A stretch of 64,000 nt of DNA from Eledone cirrhosa (Eukaryota), in the NCBI GenBank assembly GCA_964016885.1, contig OZ024743.1:124062001-124126000 (forward strand), read 5' to 3'. Every line of letters starts with the position of its first letter. Positions within the stretch are counted from its first letter, which is position 1. Shown here one piece after another: positions 62,891 through 64,000 of the stretch. A model generated the notes under the pieces. The model saw nothing but the letters and a program-made list of their open reading frames with translations. It did not search any database and had not been told where the DNA came from. The translations under genes were made by a program, and so were the position numbers.

Positions 62891-64000
62891 CAGCATAAAA
62901 ATGCAACTTGATTCATCCACGTGCCTCCACCCTACATCAATATCTGTAGCATAGTAACTATCCTCACCATCACTGCATACTCCATCCTACCCAAGACCAC
63001 CTCCACCCCATTTAAATCCTAAAAACACCAGTGACAACTCCATAGTAGCTGTTTGCATCATCACTGTGTCTGTTATCACCATCTCTCTCTCACTATACCT
63101 ATCATGCACTCCTGTCATATTTCCTCACCCTTTTCCCCATCACACCTACCATACTCCTACGGCATTATAATTATCACCTCTACTCTACTATTCATTTTAA
63201 AATTAGGATACTTTTTCAAAAGAAAGGAAACCGTGTGGGGTGTTGTCGATGAGCTGTACTGTATGGTTTCAGGTTCAGGTCACTCCCACTGTATGGTACA
63301 TTTAGCAAGTCTGTACTAATGCCTTGTGAGTGAAATTTCATAGATGGAAACTAGTAACTATGATATCATCATCATGTTTTCCCTGCTAGCAAGGGTTTTT
63401 TTTAAATGTATATAAAATGGATACGTATTTCTAATTTTCATCTTGATATGAAAGCGACTGAAATATCCAAGTACATTCTACTCTTCCCTGGAGAGAAAAC
63501 TGTGATTTTAAAACTGATAGTCTGTTTATATTAAGTCATCAGGTGAAGCTTAATACTGCTACAAGAATATGGAAGGAACAAGGGACAAATTACTGAGTTT
63601 TAGGAAAATATTAGTCATGAGAGTTGTACTGTCGCAGGCCATAGGAAAGTAGTTTTGAGACCCTTGATGTAATGGGTGCATTTATCACATAGAACTCTAA
63701 CACTAGGGAGATTGTCATCTTTGACACAACTGAAGGGTTCTCTGATTTATATATACACATATATATGCAAAAAGTAATAGTAGGAAAAGAGTCTTAACAT
63801 TTCAGATGCTAGTCCATCAGAAAATAGAATGAGAATTCAAAGAAGAAACAGAAATACTGAGGAGATTGGGCAGTGGCAGAAACGAAAAAAAATTTCTAAA
63901 GAAAAAAACAGTTTTATTCACGTCGCCATCTTTTGGAAAACTGTTGATATATGTATATGTGCGAGTTTTCCGTTTGTAAGATTTTGTTCCATAGACTGAC

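Noticed and set aside
63915-63935. YY1-like aagatggcg on - as the vanin promoter/start
   Set aside because: The ATG is followed by a stop after three codons and there is no other support within the window.

Overview
AT-rich, repeat-dense animal genomic DNA. The SINE/RTE repeat landscape resembles that of cephalopods (Octopus-like); this is an inference, not a database match. Two convergent host genes are supported. (1) A two-exon PPP1R15 (GADD34/CReP-like) eIF2-alpha phosphatase regulatory subunit on + (about 35449-36354 and 41517-41729). Its second exon is missed by the ORF track, and it has a TATA box, a perfect C/EBP-ATF (ATF4) element and stacked uORFs. (2) The large 3' exon of a vanin/biotinidase-family nitrilase on - (50595-51974). 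The rest is mostly mobile DNA: RTE, RTE-X, CR1, CRE-like and R4/Dong-like non-LTR fragments (the last clustered in TACA microsatellites), a Ty3/Gypsy element with both LTRs, two Chapaev3-like transposons, a piggyBac remnant with MITEs, two non-autonomous Helitrons, a hAT MITE and many tRNA-derived SINEs. The most unusual signal is a set of unrelated small non-coding elements carrying complete minimal type-I hammerhead ribozymes (12650, 21786/22155, 24700/24858). They sit in or next to long fold-back palindromes and near (TA)n tracts. A 549-bp tandem-plus-inverted insertion with a ~20-bp TSD has similar Penelope/retrozyme-like architecture. All coordinates were read by eye and may be off by a few bases.
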